A stretch of DNA of 54,446 bases from Leptolyngbyaceae cyanobacterium. GTDB taxonomy: Bacteria; Cyanobacteriota; Cyanobacteriia; Phormidesmidales; Phormidesmidaceae. This document shows positions 41,997-53,310 of this stretch, piece by piece. The notes under the pieces are model-generated. The model searched no databases and was not told the DNA's origin. It was given only the letters and a program-made list of their open reading frames with translations. Position 1 is the first letter of the stretch. Every line of letters starts with the position of its first letter. A program made the translations under genes and the position numbers. The stretch is from NCBI GenBank assembly GCA_050331235.1, contig JBHJHA010000031.1:1-54446 (forward strand), given 5' to 3'.

Positions 41997-42329
41997 ATGC
42001 TGCCAGCTCAATCTCTGCTTACAGCGGCGACCTTTTGTGTGGCCAGTGCCCTTATCGGCACAGCGGCCCAGGCCCAAGACTATCTTGCTCAGTATCAAAC
42101 GCCAGCGCCCCCGGCGACTACGGCTCCCGAACTTGATCAAACGGTGACGATTGATCTGACTACCGATGAAACTGCCAATGTCGCTCAGCGGGAGCCTTTG
42201 ACCTGCCCGCCTGGACAGTTTCCCTCAGCCTTTGCCGACGTTTACCCGTTCCATTGGGCCTATCAAGCAATTAACAACCTAGCGTCGCCCTCTATGCAAT
42301 GCTTTGATCTCCCAGAAGAATATCGCTAA
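41997..42329 (+). CDS. Small exported protein with a single SLH-like motif
   Basis: Signal peptide ending AQA; FADVYPFHWAYQAINNL flanked by two Cys. Confidence 0.7.
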   Translation: MLPAQSLLTAATFCVASALIGTAAQAQDYLAQYQTPAPPATTAPELDQTVTIDLTTDETANVAQREPLTCPPGQFPSAFADVYPFHWAYQAINNLASPSMQCFDLPEEYR

Positions 42330-42502
42330 GCCCGCGCGGATATTTTTGGCCTGTCTGCTGGTCCAGGGTGGGCGGGCCAGCCTATTTTTTAGCGGCTACG
42401 GCGGTCAGCCAGGCTTTAAGGTTTCTTTTATGCACGGACTTGGAACGACAGGAGTATTCTCAGACTGTAAGTAGCCAATCAGACTTAGGTTGTGTTAGCT
42501 CC

Positions 42503-43396
42503 ATGAAGACCAAGCAATTCATCCTTTTAGGGTTGCCTGGGGTGAAAATTCAAGATCACGCTGTAGCCCTGGCTGAGCGCTGGCAAGTCCCCCACATTTC
42601 ACTGTCAGCGATCGTACAAACCGCAGCCCAGCAGGCGACGCTTGGCCCAGAGATTACTCCCCGGATGGAATCAGGAAAGACAATTCCCGAACCCCTATTG
42701 CTTAAACTCATGCGTCGACGGTTTGAACAGCCTGATGCTGTTTTAAAGGGGTGGGTGTTGGAAGGTTTTCCCCAGTCTGTTGCACAGGCTGAGCAGTTTG
42801 ATGCCTGGTGGTCTACGATGAGCCCCACCAGCGCCCAGGTTGTCTATATCAAGGCCATGACCGGCATCTTGCTAAATCGGTTATCCACCGAGCCTGGACA
42901 AACAGCCTCATCAGTGCTTCTAAGGCAAAGAATTGAGCAGGCCCAAGCGCAGTTAGAACCGCTATTGGCCTATTACCAGGCACAGGATCGCCTGCAATCA
43001 GTTAATGGCAGTTTGCCGTTTGTCGAAGTCGCCCGCAACCTAGCTCGGTTAGGGCAGACGCCCGGTGGTGCCGCCCGGGTCATCAATGACGAGGATGAGT
43101 TGAACACCCTGATTACGACCCAGCCTCGGTTAGTTGTTAACTGTATGGCATCTTGGTGTGGCTCTTGTAAGTTGGTAGCACCGTTCGTTGACAAGCTGGC
43201 GACGGAGTTTCGCGATCGCGCCACCGTGGTAAAAATCGATTTCGACGCGAATCAACCAATCACCAAACGATTTCAGCTTCAGGGATTGCCCGCCGTCATG
43301 TATTTCAACGCGGGAGAGCGCTTAGAAACCCTAGTGGGGGTCAAGTCCTATCAAGAATATTGCGATGCGATGGGGCGACTACTGCAGAGTAACTGA
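42503..43396 (+). CDS. Degenerate adenylate kinase–thioredoxin fusion
   Basis: AK fold (ILLGLPG, HIS, GWVLEGFP, PLLAYY, VNGS) fused to Trx (ASWCGSC, VKID.D, GLP). Confidence 0.85.
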   Translation: MKTKQFILLGLPGVKIQDHAVALAERWQVPHISLSAIVQTAAQQATLGPEITPRMESGKTIPEPLLLKLMRRRFEQPDAVLKGWVLEGFPQSVAQAEQFDAWWSTMSPTSAQVVYIKAMTGILLNRLSTEPGQTASSVLLRQRIEQAQAQLEPLLAYYQAQDRLQSVNGSLPFVEVARNLARLGQTPGGAARVINDEDELNTLITTQPRLVVNCMASWCGSCKLVAPFVDKLATEFRDRATVVKIDFDANQPITKRFQLQGLPAVMYFNAGERLETLVGVKSYQEYCDAMGRLLQSN

Positions 43397-43583
43397 GAGG
43401 TTTTTCTCTAAAATCCGTAAGCACGGGATGCTACCCATCCGATAGCCTGGGGTTATCCAAAACACCTGACGAAGGTTTCCGAGATCGCTCCCGCGAGGAG
43501 CGGCTCTTAAGGTTTATTTCATCCAGAGAGATGTTGCGTTAGATGTGCGATTCTAAACAGTGCTAACACAATCCAACGTTTGA

Positions 43584-44582
<999 letters not shown>

Positions 44583-44716
44583 TAGGGGGGTAGTGCATTG
44601 GTCAGATCGCCCGAGCGACTTTGCCACCGATAAGGGCGAGTGGGCATCTCGCCCATCATCTTGCCCCCCCGCATTCAACCTTAAATCTTAAAGATGCCGC
44701 GATCGCAGCTACCGCT

Positions 44717-45334
44717 CTAAAATAGCTCAGCGGTTTGAGCCTCCAGGTCAAAAACGTAGCGACTTTTGAGATCTGTAACGCCATAGAGGTTGAACGAAAC
44801 CGTCGGTTCATCACTAGAGGGTTCGACCTGGTGAACAGCTCCAGGAGTAAAGGTAATGATGTCCCCTGGGGCCAACCTCACTTCTTGGACTAACTCAAGC
44901 CGGTGAGGCTGGTCGGCGGTGGGGGTGCGGCGCCAAATGCGGTTAGTCTCATAGCCGCCGAGCATCGCAACCAACCCCCATGTCGCATGGTTATGAATGG
45001 TGGACTGACTGCCAGGACTCCACGCCACCATTTGTACCGTCAGGGGAAACTGATATTCCCGATAGAGAAAATGCACGCCCCAGCCGGTTTTAGGGTCTGG
45101 CTCCTTATATTCCATTTGCAACCAGTAGGAACTCACTAGCAATTGGCGCACCATCGGGGCGATCGCAGTCAGCCGTTTTATATCGTCGGTTTCTGCTGCG
45201 AGTAAATCTTCCAGTTCGGTCAGAAATCGGTACAGCCGATAGGTCTGTTGGGGAGTTTCAAACTCGGGTAACTCCAGCGATCGCACCCCACCGTCGTCAG
45301 TCACCAACAAATTGCGATTTTCCATGACACTCAT
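44717..45334 (-). CDS. Cupin, cysteine-dioxygenase-like
   Basis: W.PG..STIHNHATWG..G.E.N..GD....PGAVH..SFNLYG. Confidence 0.8.
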   Translation of the reverse strand: MSVMENRNLLVTDDGGVRSLELPEFETPQQTYRLYRFLTELEDLLAAETDDIKRLTAIAPMVRQLLVSSYWLQMEYKEPDPKTGWGVHFLYREYQFPLTVQMVAWSPGSQSTIHNHATWGLVAMLGGYETNRIWRRTPTADQPHRLELVQEVRLAPGDIITFTPGAVHQVEPSSDEPTVSFNLYGVTDLKSRYVFDLEAQTAELF

Positions 45335-45405
45335 AATTGCAGCCGATGGCTATGGTAATACTAGATGCATCTGAGTAGATGAGTCAGTGCTGAGGCAAGC
45401 TTGAA

Positions 45406-46350
45406 ATGTGGGCAAAAGCCAGCGGACTGGTATCGATCTTGTTGGCGTTGACCGCCTGTGGAATAGCGTCCGATACCGTACCGATGACCCGCGATCGCTG
45501 CACTGCACAGCCAGGATTCGTTTTTGTGCCAGCGGGGGAGTTGGTCGCCGGGAGCGATCGGGCCGAGCGGGACTATGCATACACCATTTCTGCTCAGGCA
45601 GCGGCAACGACATCCGAGCAAGTTGCCGCCGCTGAGCAAAACCTGCGGGGGCGCCGCTGGTTTGAGTTTGAGGGAGATCGCCGGCAAGCCAGTACCGCCG
45701 CATTTTGCGTCCAGGCTAATCTGGTCACGCAGCAAGACTATGCCGAGTTCGTCGCGGCTACAGGGTATCCGGTTCCAGGCATCACCGCTGCGGAATACCA
45801 AGCCCAGGGCTTTTTAGTCCATCCCTATAAAGACGTTGAGCCCTATTTGTGGCGTGACGGAGCAATCCCCCCCGGAAGAGAGCAACATCCCGTGGTGCTG
45901 GGGTCCTACGACGATGCGGTGGCCTATGCCACCTGGCGGGGTCAGCAGGACGGTGTATCCTATCGCTTACCTACAGCCTTGGAATGGGAAAAGACGGCCC
46001 GCACCGATGATGGCCGGTATTTTCCCTGGGGCAATGAATGGCGTGATGACGCTACCCACTGGGCAGCGTCAGACCCTTATGGCACCACGGCGATCGCCCG
46101 CTATGCCCTCAGCCAAAGTGCCTATGGAGCCGAAGACATGGCGGGCCTAGTGTTTGAATTTACCTCAACCCTAAGGGAGCGTCGGGGGACAACCGTCGCC
46201 GTCATGAAAGGCTGCTCTTGGGATGACTCTCCGGGCTTTTGCCGCGCTGCCTATGAACACACTCGCCCCGTCGGCTCGCGGCACATTTTGTTTGGGTTTC
46301 GCTTGGTGCTTGTGGCCGAGCCAGCATCAGCAAACAACTCAAAGCCCTAA
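45406..46350 (+). CDS. SUMF1/FGE-sulfatase domain lipoprotein
   Basis: Lipobox LTAC; HPVV, RLPT..EWEK, FPWG, DMAG.V.E, GFR. Confidence 0.88.
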   Translation: MWAKASGLVSILLALTACGIASDTVPMTRDRCTAQPGFVFVPAGELVAGSDRAERDYAYTISAQAAATTSEQVAAAEQNLRGRRWFEFEGDRRQASTAAFCVQANLVTQQDYAEFVAATGYPVPGITAAEYQAQGFLVHPYKDVEPYLWRDGAIPPGREQHPVVLGSYDDAVAYATWRGQQDGVSYRLPTALEWEKTARTDDGRYFPWGNEWRDDATHWAASDPYGTTAIARYALSQSAYGAEDMAGLVFEFTSTLRERRGTTVAVMKGCSWDDSPGFCRAAYEHTRPVGSRHILFGFRLVLVAEPASANNSKP

Positions 46351-46359
46351 ATAGCCCAT

Positions 46360-46392
46360 AAAAAAGCGGATGGCGATCGCCATCCGTTTTTT
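46360..46392. terminator. Bidirectional rho-independent terminator between the convergent FGE-domain gene and dnaK
   Basis: A6 tract, palindrome CGGATGGCGATCGCCATCCG, T6 tract. Confidence 0.8.
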
Positions 46393-46465
46393 CTTGCTAG
46401 CCGGAGCAAGCCGATATACCGAGTCATCGGTAGGCCAGTTGCTTGACCTACCGATGTGGACTGGG

Positions 46466-48382
46466 TTACTTGTTCTCAGGTTCAGTGAACTCAGCGTCGA
46501 TAACATCGTCACCACCGCTCGCACCGACCTCAGCATCGCCCTCGGGGGCAGCACCGCCAGCCGCCGCTTCGGCAGCACCACCGGCTTGCTGATAGAGGTT
46601 GGCACTGATGCTGTACAGAGCCTGCTGAATTTCCGTTGTCAAGGACTTCATCTTGTCGTAGTCCTCAGAAGCAACAGCTGCTTCCAACTCCGTGATTTGA
46701 CCTTCAATCTTGGTCTTCTCATCCTCAGGCATCTTGTCGCCGAGCTCTTCAACCTGCTTCTTTGCCTGGTAAGCCAGGGTGTCAGCTTGGTTTTTCAGCT
46801 CAACTTTTTCGCGCCGCTCTTGGTCAGCCGCAGCATTCGCCTCAGCATCCTTAACCATGCGCTCAACTTCGTTGTCATCCAAAGTCGAAGCACCAGTGAT
46901 GCTAATGGACTGCTCTTTGCCAGTACCCTTATCTTTTGCAGTAACGCTCAAGATACCATTAGCGTCGATGTCAAAGATTACCTCAATTTGAGGGACACCC
47001 CGAGGCGCCGGTGGAATGCCGTCCAACCGGAAGGTTCCCAAGCTCTTGTTGTCGTTAGACATCTCACGCTCACCCTGGAGCACGTGGATCTCCACATTTG
47101 TCTGACCATCCACTGCTGTAGAGAAAGTCTCAGACTTTTTAGTAGGAACTGTGGTGTTCCGAGGAATCAGCTTGGTCATCACGCCACCCAAGGTTTCCAC
47201 TCCGAGGGATAGCGGCGTAACGTCTAACAGCAAGATATCCTTGACTTCGCCCGCTAAGACACCACCCTGAATCGCCGCACCAATGGCAACAACTTCATCG
47301 GGGTTGACTGTCTGGTTGGGCTCTTTACCCAAGATCTTTTTGACCACTTCCTGAACCGCTGGGATTCGGGTGGAGCCACCGACCAAAACGACTTCATCGA
47401 TGTTGTCTTTATTGAGCTTGGCATCTTTCAAAGCCTGCTCGACGGGAATGCGGCAGCGATCAATCAGATCAGAAACCAATTCCTCAAATTTAGCTCGGGT
47501 CAAGACCATTTCCAGGTGCTTAGGACCATCTTGAGTAGCAGTGATGAAGGGCAGGTTAATTTCCGATTGGCTGGCGCTTGACAGTTCAATCTTGGCTTTC
47601 TCAGCCGCTTCAGTTAGACGTTGGAGAGCCTGCTTATCTTTGCGCAGGTCAATGCCTTCGTTGCGCTGAAACTCTTCGGCCAAGTGATCGACAATTTTTT
47701 TGTCGAAGTCGTCACCCCCTAGGTGGGTGTCCCCAGAAGTGGAGAGCACTTCAAAGACACCGTCCCCCACTTCCAGAATGGAGACGTCGAACGTGCCACC
47801 ACCCAAGTCAAAGACCAGAATGGTTTCGTTGCTCTTCTTATCCAAGCCATAGGCCAAAGAAGCAGCGGTCGGCTCGTTGATGATCCGCAGCACTTCCAGA
47901 CCCGCAATCTTACCAGCATCCTTAGTAGCCTGACGCTGAGAGTCATTAAAGTAAGCAGGCACCGTGATCACAGCTTGAGTGACGGTCTCGCCCAGATACT
48001 TGCTGGCGTCATCAGCCAACTTGCGCAGCACCTGTGCCGAAATTTCTTCGGGGGCGAATTGCTTGCCTGCCTGGGGACAGTCCAGCTTGAGGCTACTGCC
48101 TGAGGTCAACACTTTATAAGCGACTTCTGTAGACTCGGTGCCAACTTCATCCACTCGGCGACCGATAAAGCGCTTGACTGAATAAAACGTATTTTCGGGG
48201 TTCATAACCGCGCCCCGTTTAGCGATCTGGCCCACTAAGCGATCGCCATTCTTAGCGTATGACACGACCGAAGGAGTCGTCCGAAATCCTTCAGCATTAG
48301 CGATAACGGTGGGCTTGCCCCCTTCCATCACCGCGACAACAGAGTTAGTTGTTCCTAGGTCAATCCCAACAACTTTTCCCAT
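46466..48382 (-). CDS. dnaK: Chaperone DnaK (DnaK2-type)
   Basis: [25 protein letters not shown], ends [10 protein letters not shown]. Confidence 0.99.
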   Translation of the reverse strand: MGKVVGIDLGTTNSVVAVMEGGKPTVIANAEGFRTTPSVVSYAKNGDRLVGQIAKRGAVMNPENTFYSVKRFIGRRVDEVGTESTEVAYKVLTSGSSLKLDCPQAGKQFAPEEISAQVLRKLADDASKYLGETVTQAVITVPAYFNDSQRQATKDAGKIAGLEVLRIINEPTAASLAYGLDKKSNETILVFDLGGGTFDVSILEVGDGVFEVLSTSGDTHLGGDDFDKKIVDHLAEEFQRNEGIDLRKDKQALQRLTEAAEKAKIELSSASQSEINLPFITATQDGPKHLEMVLTRAKFEELVSDLIDRCRIPVEQALKDAKLNKDNIDEVVLVGGSTRIPAVQEVVKKILGKEPNQTVNPDEVVAIGAAIQGGVLAGEVKDILLLDVTPLSLGVETLGGVMTKLIPRNTTVPTKKSETFSTAVDGQTNVEIHVLQGEREMSNDNKSLGTFRLDGIPPAPRGVPQIEVIFDIDANGILSVTAKDKGTGKEQSISITGASTLDDNEVERMVKDAEANAAADQERREKVELKNQADTLAYQAKKQVEELGDKMPEDEKTKIEGQITELEAAVASEDYDKMKSLTTEIQQALYSISANLYQQAGGAAEAAAGGAAPEGDAEVGASGGDDVIDAEFTEPENK

Positions 48383-48577
48383 AGATTTGCTCCGGCTTAA
48401 CAGCTATTCATAGTTTGCCGGGTCTGCCAGATTCTCTACAGGGGGGGATACCGAACTCAAAAGGGGGGAAAGTTGGTAGCTCAAGGCCCTGTAGCTGATG
48501 GCCATCGGCTGAAAATGGTGACATCGAGACCCACTGGGCACCACATCCTGTGCCCGACCAACTAAAATCGGCCTCGG

Positions 48578-49027
48578 GTGGTCTCTAAATCTATGGGTCA
48601 ACCTAGGACTGATAAAACTATGGACAATCTCCAGCGATCGCTAACTCCAGAGCTGATTCGCCAGCTCCTACACCAAGAGGCACGAGCAGATCGATCAGCC
48701 GACTACGTGCGGCTCATGGAAATTTATTGCGTGGTCAAAGCCGGAGGCATCAAGGCCCAAATCGCGGCAGCTCAGCACCTCAAAGCCACCGAATGTCGGG
48801 CTCTTCAGGAAGAGATTACGGCCCTGTCAGCCACCGCTGACAAGACCAATCGCATAGCCGCGCTGCACCAAGAGATTCAAGAAGTCGAACGTTCCACCGC
48901 CCACCGCATCGCCTATCTCAATAACATTAATGAAGTAGAAGCAGCCAATGTACATAGCTGTATAGCCCTCATTGAAGCTTATTTTGCTCGCCTAGGACAA
49001 ACCCATGAGTGCAATTCCAAAGACTGA
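48578..49027 (+). CDS. Hypothetical coiled-coil protein
   Basis: Helical ORF (LMEIYCVVKAGG) overlapping the start of the next gene; start uncertain. Confidence 0.7.
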   Translation: MVSKSMGQPRTDKTMDNLQRSLTPELIRQLLHQEARADRSADYVRLMEIYCVVKAGGIKAQIAAAQHLKATECRALQEEITALSATADKTNRIAALHQEIQEVERSTAHRIAYLNNINEVEAANVHSCIALIEAYFARLGQTHECNSKD

Positions 49028-50543
49028 TGTCGTCGTTATCGGCAGTGGTCTGGGCGGCTTGGTCGCAGCGGCGCTACTGGCCCGCTATGGCAAAGCCGTC
49101 GTTGTTTGTGAAAGTCACACCATTCCCGGCGGAGCCGCCCACGGATTTTCCCGACAGGGGTTTCGATTTGACTCAGGACCGTCGTTCTTTTCCGGACTCG
49201 GCCAGGCGCGATCGCGCAATCCGCTGCGGCAGGTGCTAGACGTGTTGGAAGAGTCGGTGGAAGCGATCGCCTACGATCCCCTCGGCTATTATCATCTTCC
49301 CGAGGGGACGCTGCCCATTTATCGCCAGATTGCCGACTACCGGCGCGAGGTCGCTCGGTTTACCCCCCAGGGAGCCCGCGAGTTAGAAGCCTTTGGGCAA
49401 AGATTACTCGCGCTATATCGACCGCTGCGCCAGATTCCCAGCTTAGGACTGCGGCCTGATCTGCGCGTGATTCCGTTTTTGCTGCGCTACCCCCAAGCGT
49501 TGCTCAGACTGCTACCCCAGCTAGGTGCGGTGCAGCAGTCTGTTGGCCAGATCCTGGACCAAACGGTACGCGACCCCTGGGTCCGACAGCTGGTCGATTT
49601 GGAATGTTTTTTGCTATCAGGTCTCAAAGCCCACGGCACGATCGCCCCAGAGGTAGCCTTTGTGTTTGGTGAACGCGAAACTGCTCCGGTAGATTATCCC
49701 GTGGGTGGTAGCGAGGCATTGGTAGAGGCCTTGGTGCGGGGTCTCAAAAAATGGGGCGGCGAGCTACGGCTCGGCACCCATGTCGAGCAAGTTCTCGTCT
49801 CCGGCGGGCAGGCTACAGGAGTACAGCTCAAGTCGGGCGAAGTCATCGAGGCTTCAACCGTCATTTCCAACGCGACCCTATGGGATACCTATACACATTT
49901 GCTGCCTTCCGATGCGCTATCGGCCGATTTTCGCCAAACGGCTCTCGCTACGCCAGCGGTGAATAGCTTCATGCATCTGCATCTAGGCATTGACGCCACT
50001 GAGCTCGAGGACCTATGCGTACACCATGTAGTGGTGCACAGCCGCGATCGCGATCTGACTGCTCCCGGCAATACCTGTATGGTCTCAATACCCTCAGTGT
50101 TGGACCCTGCGCTGGCTCCCCCCGGCAAGCACACGATTCACGCCTACACTCTGGAACCCTGGGAAGATTGGCAGCGCAACGACGACTATCCCCAGCGTAA
50201 GCAGCAAAAAGCTGCGCCCCTCTATCGCGCCCTGGAAAAAATCATTCCCGATGTTCGCGATCGCGTCGAAGTGGAACTGATTGGGACACCTTTGACCCAC
50301 CAGCGCTTTTTGCGCCGCTATCAGGGCACTTATGGGCCGGCAATCGCTGCCGAAAAAGGATTATTCCCTAACTGTCGGACGCCAATTTCAGGATTATTGC
50401 GAGTCGGCGATTCCACCCTACCGGGGATTGGGGTGCCCGCAGTGGCTGCCTCCGGCATTCTCTGTGCCAATTCGTTAGTGTCCTCGTCGCAGACAGCGAC
50501 CTTAGTGGACTTTTGGATTTCTGGCAAAGGGCGTGCACAGTAA
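49005..50543 (+). CDS. FAD-dependent oxidoreductase, CrtH/phytoene desaturase family
   Basis: GSGLGG Rossmann motif, FDSGPS, GTPLTH..GTYGP, GDSTLPGIGVPAVAASG. Confidence 0.9.
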   Translation: MSAIPKTDVVVIGSGLGGLVAAALLARYGKAVVVCESHTIPGGAAHGFSRQGFRFDSGPSFFSGLGQARSRNPLRQVLDVLEESVEAIAYDPLGYYHLPEGTLPIYRQIADYRREVARFTPQGARELEAFGQRLLALYRPLRQIPSLGLRPDLRVIPFLLRYPQALLRLLPQLGAVQQSVGQILDQTVRDPWVRQLVDLECFLLSGLKAHGTIAPEVAFVFGERETAPVDYPVGGSEALVEALVRGLKKWGGELRLGTHVEQVLVSGGQATGVQLKSGEVIEASTVISNATLWDTYTHLLPSDALSADFRQTALATPAVNSFMHLHLGIDATELEDLCVHHVVVHSRDRDLTAPGNTCMVSIPSVLDPALAPPGKHTIHAYTLEPWEDWQRNDDYPQRKQQKAAPLYRALEKIIPDVRDRVEVELIGTPLTHQRFLRRYQGTYGPAIAAEKGLFPNCRTPISGLLRVGDSTLPGIGVPAVAASGILCANSLVSSSQTATLVDFWISGKGRAQ

Positions 50544-51352
50544 CGCTCTAACAATTCTTGACGAGCCGCCACCAGATCCATCGAAAAGGAGGAGTCAGGC
50601 AAAGGAGTCATCGTTTCTCCTGTCCCTGCAAAAGCATCTGTAGCCACAACAGTAGCCATCGACTGGTCTACGGGATCAAAGTCAATCGCTGACTGCGTAT
50701 TGCCCGTCGACACAGCCCGCTGAGGAGAAGATGTGATGGCCGGGGGCAGTGCCGCAAAAAGCTCCGACGTCGTCGCAGTTGTCGCCACTGTTGCTGCAGG
50801 GGCCGCGGGGGAAGCGGTTGGAGCTGAGGTCGGGGGCGTCGGCACTTGCGCGATCGCCTCCCGGGCAAAGGTGGGCGCGGGGGCCAGGGACGCTGGCTGG
50901 GGACGCTGGACCGAGGGCATCGCGTTCACCTTAGGCGTGGGGGCAGGAGTGGGCAGCGGACTGGCGATCGCCCTCGGTAGTGATGTAAGGGTATCGGTCC
51001 GGTCGGTCACAGCCTTAGTCACAGTCGCCTCAGGGATCTCCAGCATTGCCAGCAAGTCCACCTCTTTCACCGACGACTGCATCGGATCGCTGACAGCTGG
51101 GTTGTAGCCCGCTAGGGTATCCAGGTTCGACAACTGGGGCTGGCTTGGCAGCGGTGGCAGCGCCACATTCGGTTCCCTTTCCGGAAACATACTGCTCAGA
51201 GTATCGAGCGAAAACTTGTCATCCTCAGCAAACTGATTGCTAGGGTCAGGCTCAGGGTCAGGATGAGAGCCTTGCGCCTGGGGCAACTGTGAAAGGTTGT
51301 AAGCCGTCAGGGTAATGAGACTACTGCAAGAAAAGAGGGCCCAAGTGTGCAT
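50330..51352 (-). CDS. Hypothetical Pro/Ala/Thr-rich, probably exported protein
   Basis: Hydrophobic N-terminus and low-complexity body; 3' end overlaps the convergent gene. Confidence 0.6.
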   Translation of the reverse strand: MHTWALFSCSSLITLTAYNLSQLPQAQGSHPDPEPDPSNQFAEDDKFSLDTLSSMFPEREPNVALPPLPSQPQLSNLDTLAGYNPAVSDPMQSSVKEVDLLAMLEIPEATVTKAVTDRTDTLTSLPRAIASPLPTPAPTPKVNAMPSVQRPQPASLAPAPTFAREAIAQVPTPPTSAPTASPAAPAATVATTATTSELFAALPPAITSSPQRAVSTGNTQSAIDFDPVDQSMATVVATDAFAGTGETMTPLPDSSFSMDLVAARQELLERYCARPLPEIQKSTKVAVCDEDTNELAQRMPEAATAGTPIPGRVESPTRNNPEIGVRQLGNNPFSAAIAGP

Positions 51353-51680
51353 AGGTCAATACCAAAGTCATCAACAAGGCTAAGGGGCTACTCCATTATT
51401 CGCAGCGGATTCAGACAATCCGTATAATCCCTAGGAAAACTCTGGGATTTCTGCGATTGACAATTATCAATCATTCTAGTTTTTACATTGCTGACAGTAT
51501 ATTTACGCGCAGCACCACGCCTAGAATCAAGAGTTGAATGCGCTTGAAGACTTCAAGACCGCTACGGACAGGCCTATCAAGGTGTAAATATAGAGGCAGT
51601 TTTCATCAGTCACTGAGTCCGTGTGCAACTGTGCCACACGCACAAGAGGCTCTATCGGCCGCAGGCAATGTCAGAGGACA

Positions 51681-52457
51681 TTAAGCGCTACCAGGCCCCG
51701 GTAGAATGCTGGCGGCTGCCATCGTGCGAACTTCTGGCCGAGCTGTGTCTGGATGAGCGGCATCGTTGACCAACCGGTCGATGTTGAAGCGGTAGCCGAC
51801 ATTTCTCACGGTTTGAATGATGCTGGGCTGCCTAGGGTCGGCCTCAATCTTTTTGCGCAAAGACAAAATATGAGTATCCACGGTACGAGGATTATCAATC
51901 TCATCAGGCCAAGCTCGCTGCAACAGGTCGGTGCGCGTCAGGGCCTGGCCGCCAACCTGGGTCAGCACAAACAGTAGACTAAATTCCTGTGGCGTCAGGT
52001 CAATATCGGCGTTACGATAGCGCACTCGCCGCTGCACTAAATCAATATGCAAAGTGCCATAAGTTAAAGAAGCCGGAGCGCTCAATCGGTTGAGCCGCCG
52101 TGACAGGGCCTCGATCCGAGCTAAAAACTCTCGCATGCCAAAAGGCTTGGTGAGATAATCATCAGCTCCTGCTTTTAGGCCAGCCACGATGTCGGCTTCG
52201 GTGTCGCGGGCTGACAACATTAATAAGTAGCTGTTGCCCTGCTGCACCAACCAGTGGCAAAACTCCAAACTATTGCCGCTAGGGAGTTGCGCATCTAAAA
52301 CGACAAGTTCTGGCTGGTGAGCTTGATAGGCTTCGCGGGCCCGGCCAATATCGGCAGATTGGTGGACACGGTAACCCGACTGCTGTAAATGCCATCCCAG
52401 GAGCGATCGCAGATGAGGGTTACCTTCAATAACTTGAATAGTCGCTTTACCCACCAA
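51681..52457 (-). CDS. nrrA: OmpR-family nitrogen-regulated response regulator NrrA
   Basis: EGNPHLRSLLGWHLQQ N-terminus; wHTH; canonical NtcA promoter upstream. Confidence 0.85.
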   Translation of the reverse strand: MVGKATIQVIEGNPHLRSLLGWHLQQSGYRVHQSADIGRAREAYQAHQPELVVLDAQLPSGNSLEFCHWLVQQGNSYLLMLSARDTEADIVAGLKAGADDYLTKPFGMREFLARIEALSRRLNRLSAPASLTYGTLHIDLVQRRVRYRNADIDLTPQEFSLLFVLTQVGGQALTRTDLLQRAWPDEIDNPRTVDTHILSLRKKIEADPRQPSIIQTVRNVGYRFNIDRLVNDAAHPDTARPEVRTMAAASILPGPGSA

Positions 52458-52490
52458 ATTTCTCTGTAAAGGATCCTAAAATTTCATCCC

Positions 52491-52532
52491 AACATAACAA
52501 AGCGGTCAGAAGTATTTTGTAACGGCAACTAC
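52491..52532 (-). promoter_or_regulatory. NtcA-activated class II promoter of nrrA
   Basis: GTA-N8-TAC at 52519-52532, 22-nt spacer, -10 TATGTT (TAN3T) at 52496-52491 on the minus strand. Confidence 0.85.
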
Positions 52533-52875
52533 TCAGAACCTGGCAACTATTTCAAAATTCCTGCGCCGACGGAAGGCTGTTGATTTTTCCAACTGAATCC
52601 ATGCTCAAAGGTGACTGACTGTCAGCTTTGAGGCCGACAAAAAGCGCAGCAGCCTGGGACAACCACTCCGGCATGATAATGCCTCGATCATCGGGATCAG
52701 TTAATTAGAAATGATTTCAGCGATACCGGACGCGATCGCTCCGGCCAAAACGAGGGAATTTTAAGTACAGTAATAGTAGGCTAACAATTGGCTACAGTTA
52801 CGAATAAGGTGGCGGCCTGATTCGGTGGGTCGGTCGCCATTCAAAATGTTGATTTGGGTGAATTACGACACCGTT

Positions 52876-53124
52876 ATGCTTCAGGATGCCAAATCGGTTC
52901 GGTACTATCAGCGCATTACGGATGCACTCGTCGATCATTGGAATCGAGGCTACCGCACAGACGACCTCCGGCTCTTTTTTGAAGGCTACATTTCCGCCCT
53001 GCGCCATGCGGACGTATTAGAGCCTTACCTAATTCATCGGCTAGAGGATGAAGCCATGCGGTTTTTGATGGATCCTTCCAACTTTTATTCACCTGAAACC
53101 GAACTCGATCGCGATTATTACTAG
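52876..53124 (+). CDS. Conserved cyanobacterial hypothetical protein divergent from nrrA
   Basis: MLQD...RYYQR.TD..V..WNRGYR...GY..AL...IHRLE.E..RF..DPSNF. Confidence 0.8.
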   Translation: MLQDAKSVRYYQRITDALVDHWNRGYRTDDLRLFFEGYISALRHADVLEPYLIHRLEDEAMRFLMDPSNFYSPETELDRDYY

Positions 53125-53310
53125 GGTCAGGGCAACAGTCAGTGGGGGTTAGCTAAGCCAAGGTACCAATCTACCTGCGATAATAAGCTTGTAAAAGGAA
53201 ATGGCCGTTCATCCTTGGCCAAATTGTTCGCCCCCGAGAAGCCCTGGATTATCCGGCGATGGCAGATTGAGACGACTCGCCTCAGCACTGTAGTCGTTGC
53301 TGAGGCAAGA

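Noticed and set aside
46370..47212. 280-aa ORF antisense to dnaK
   Set aside because: A well-known shadow ORF caused by dnaK codon bias; no independent motifs
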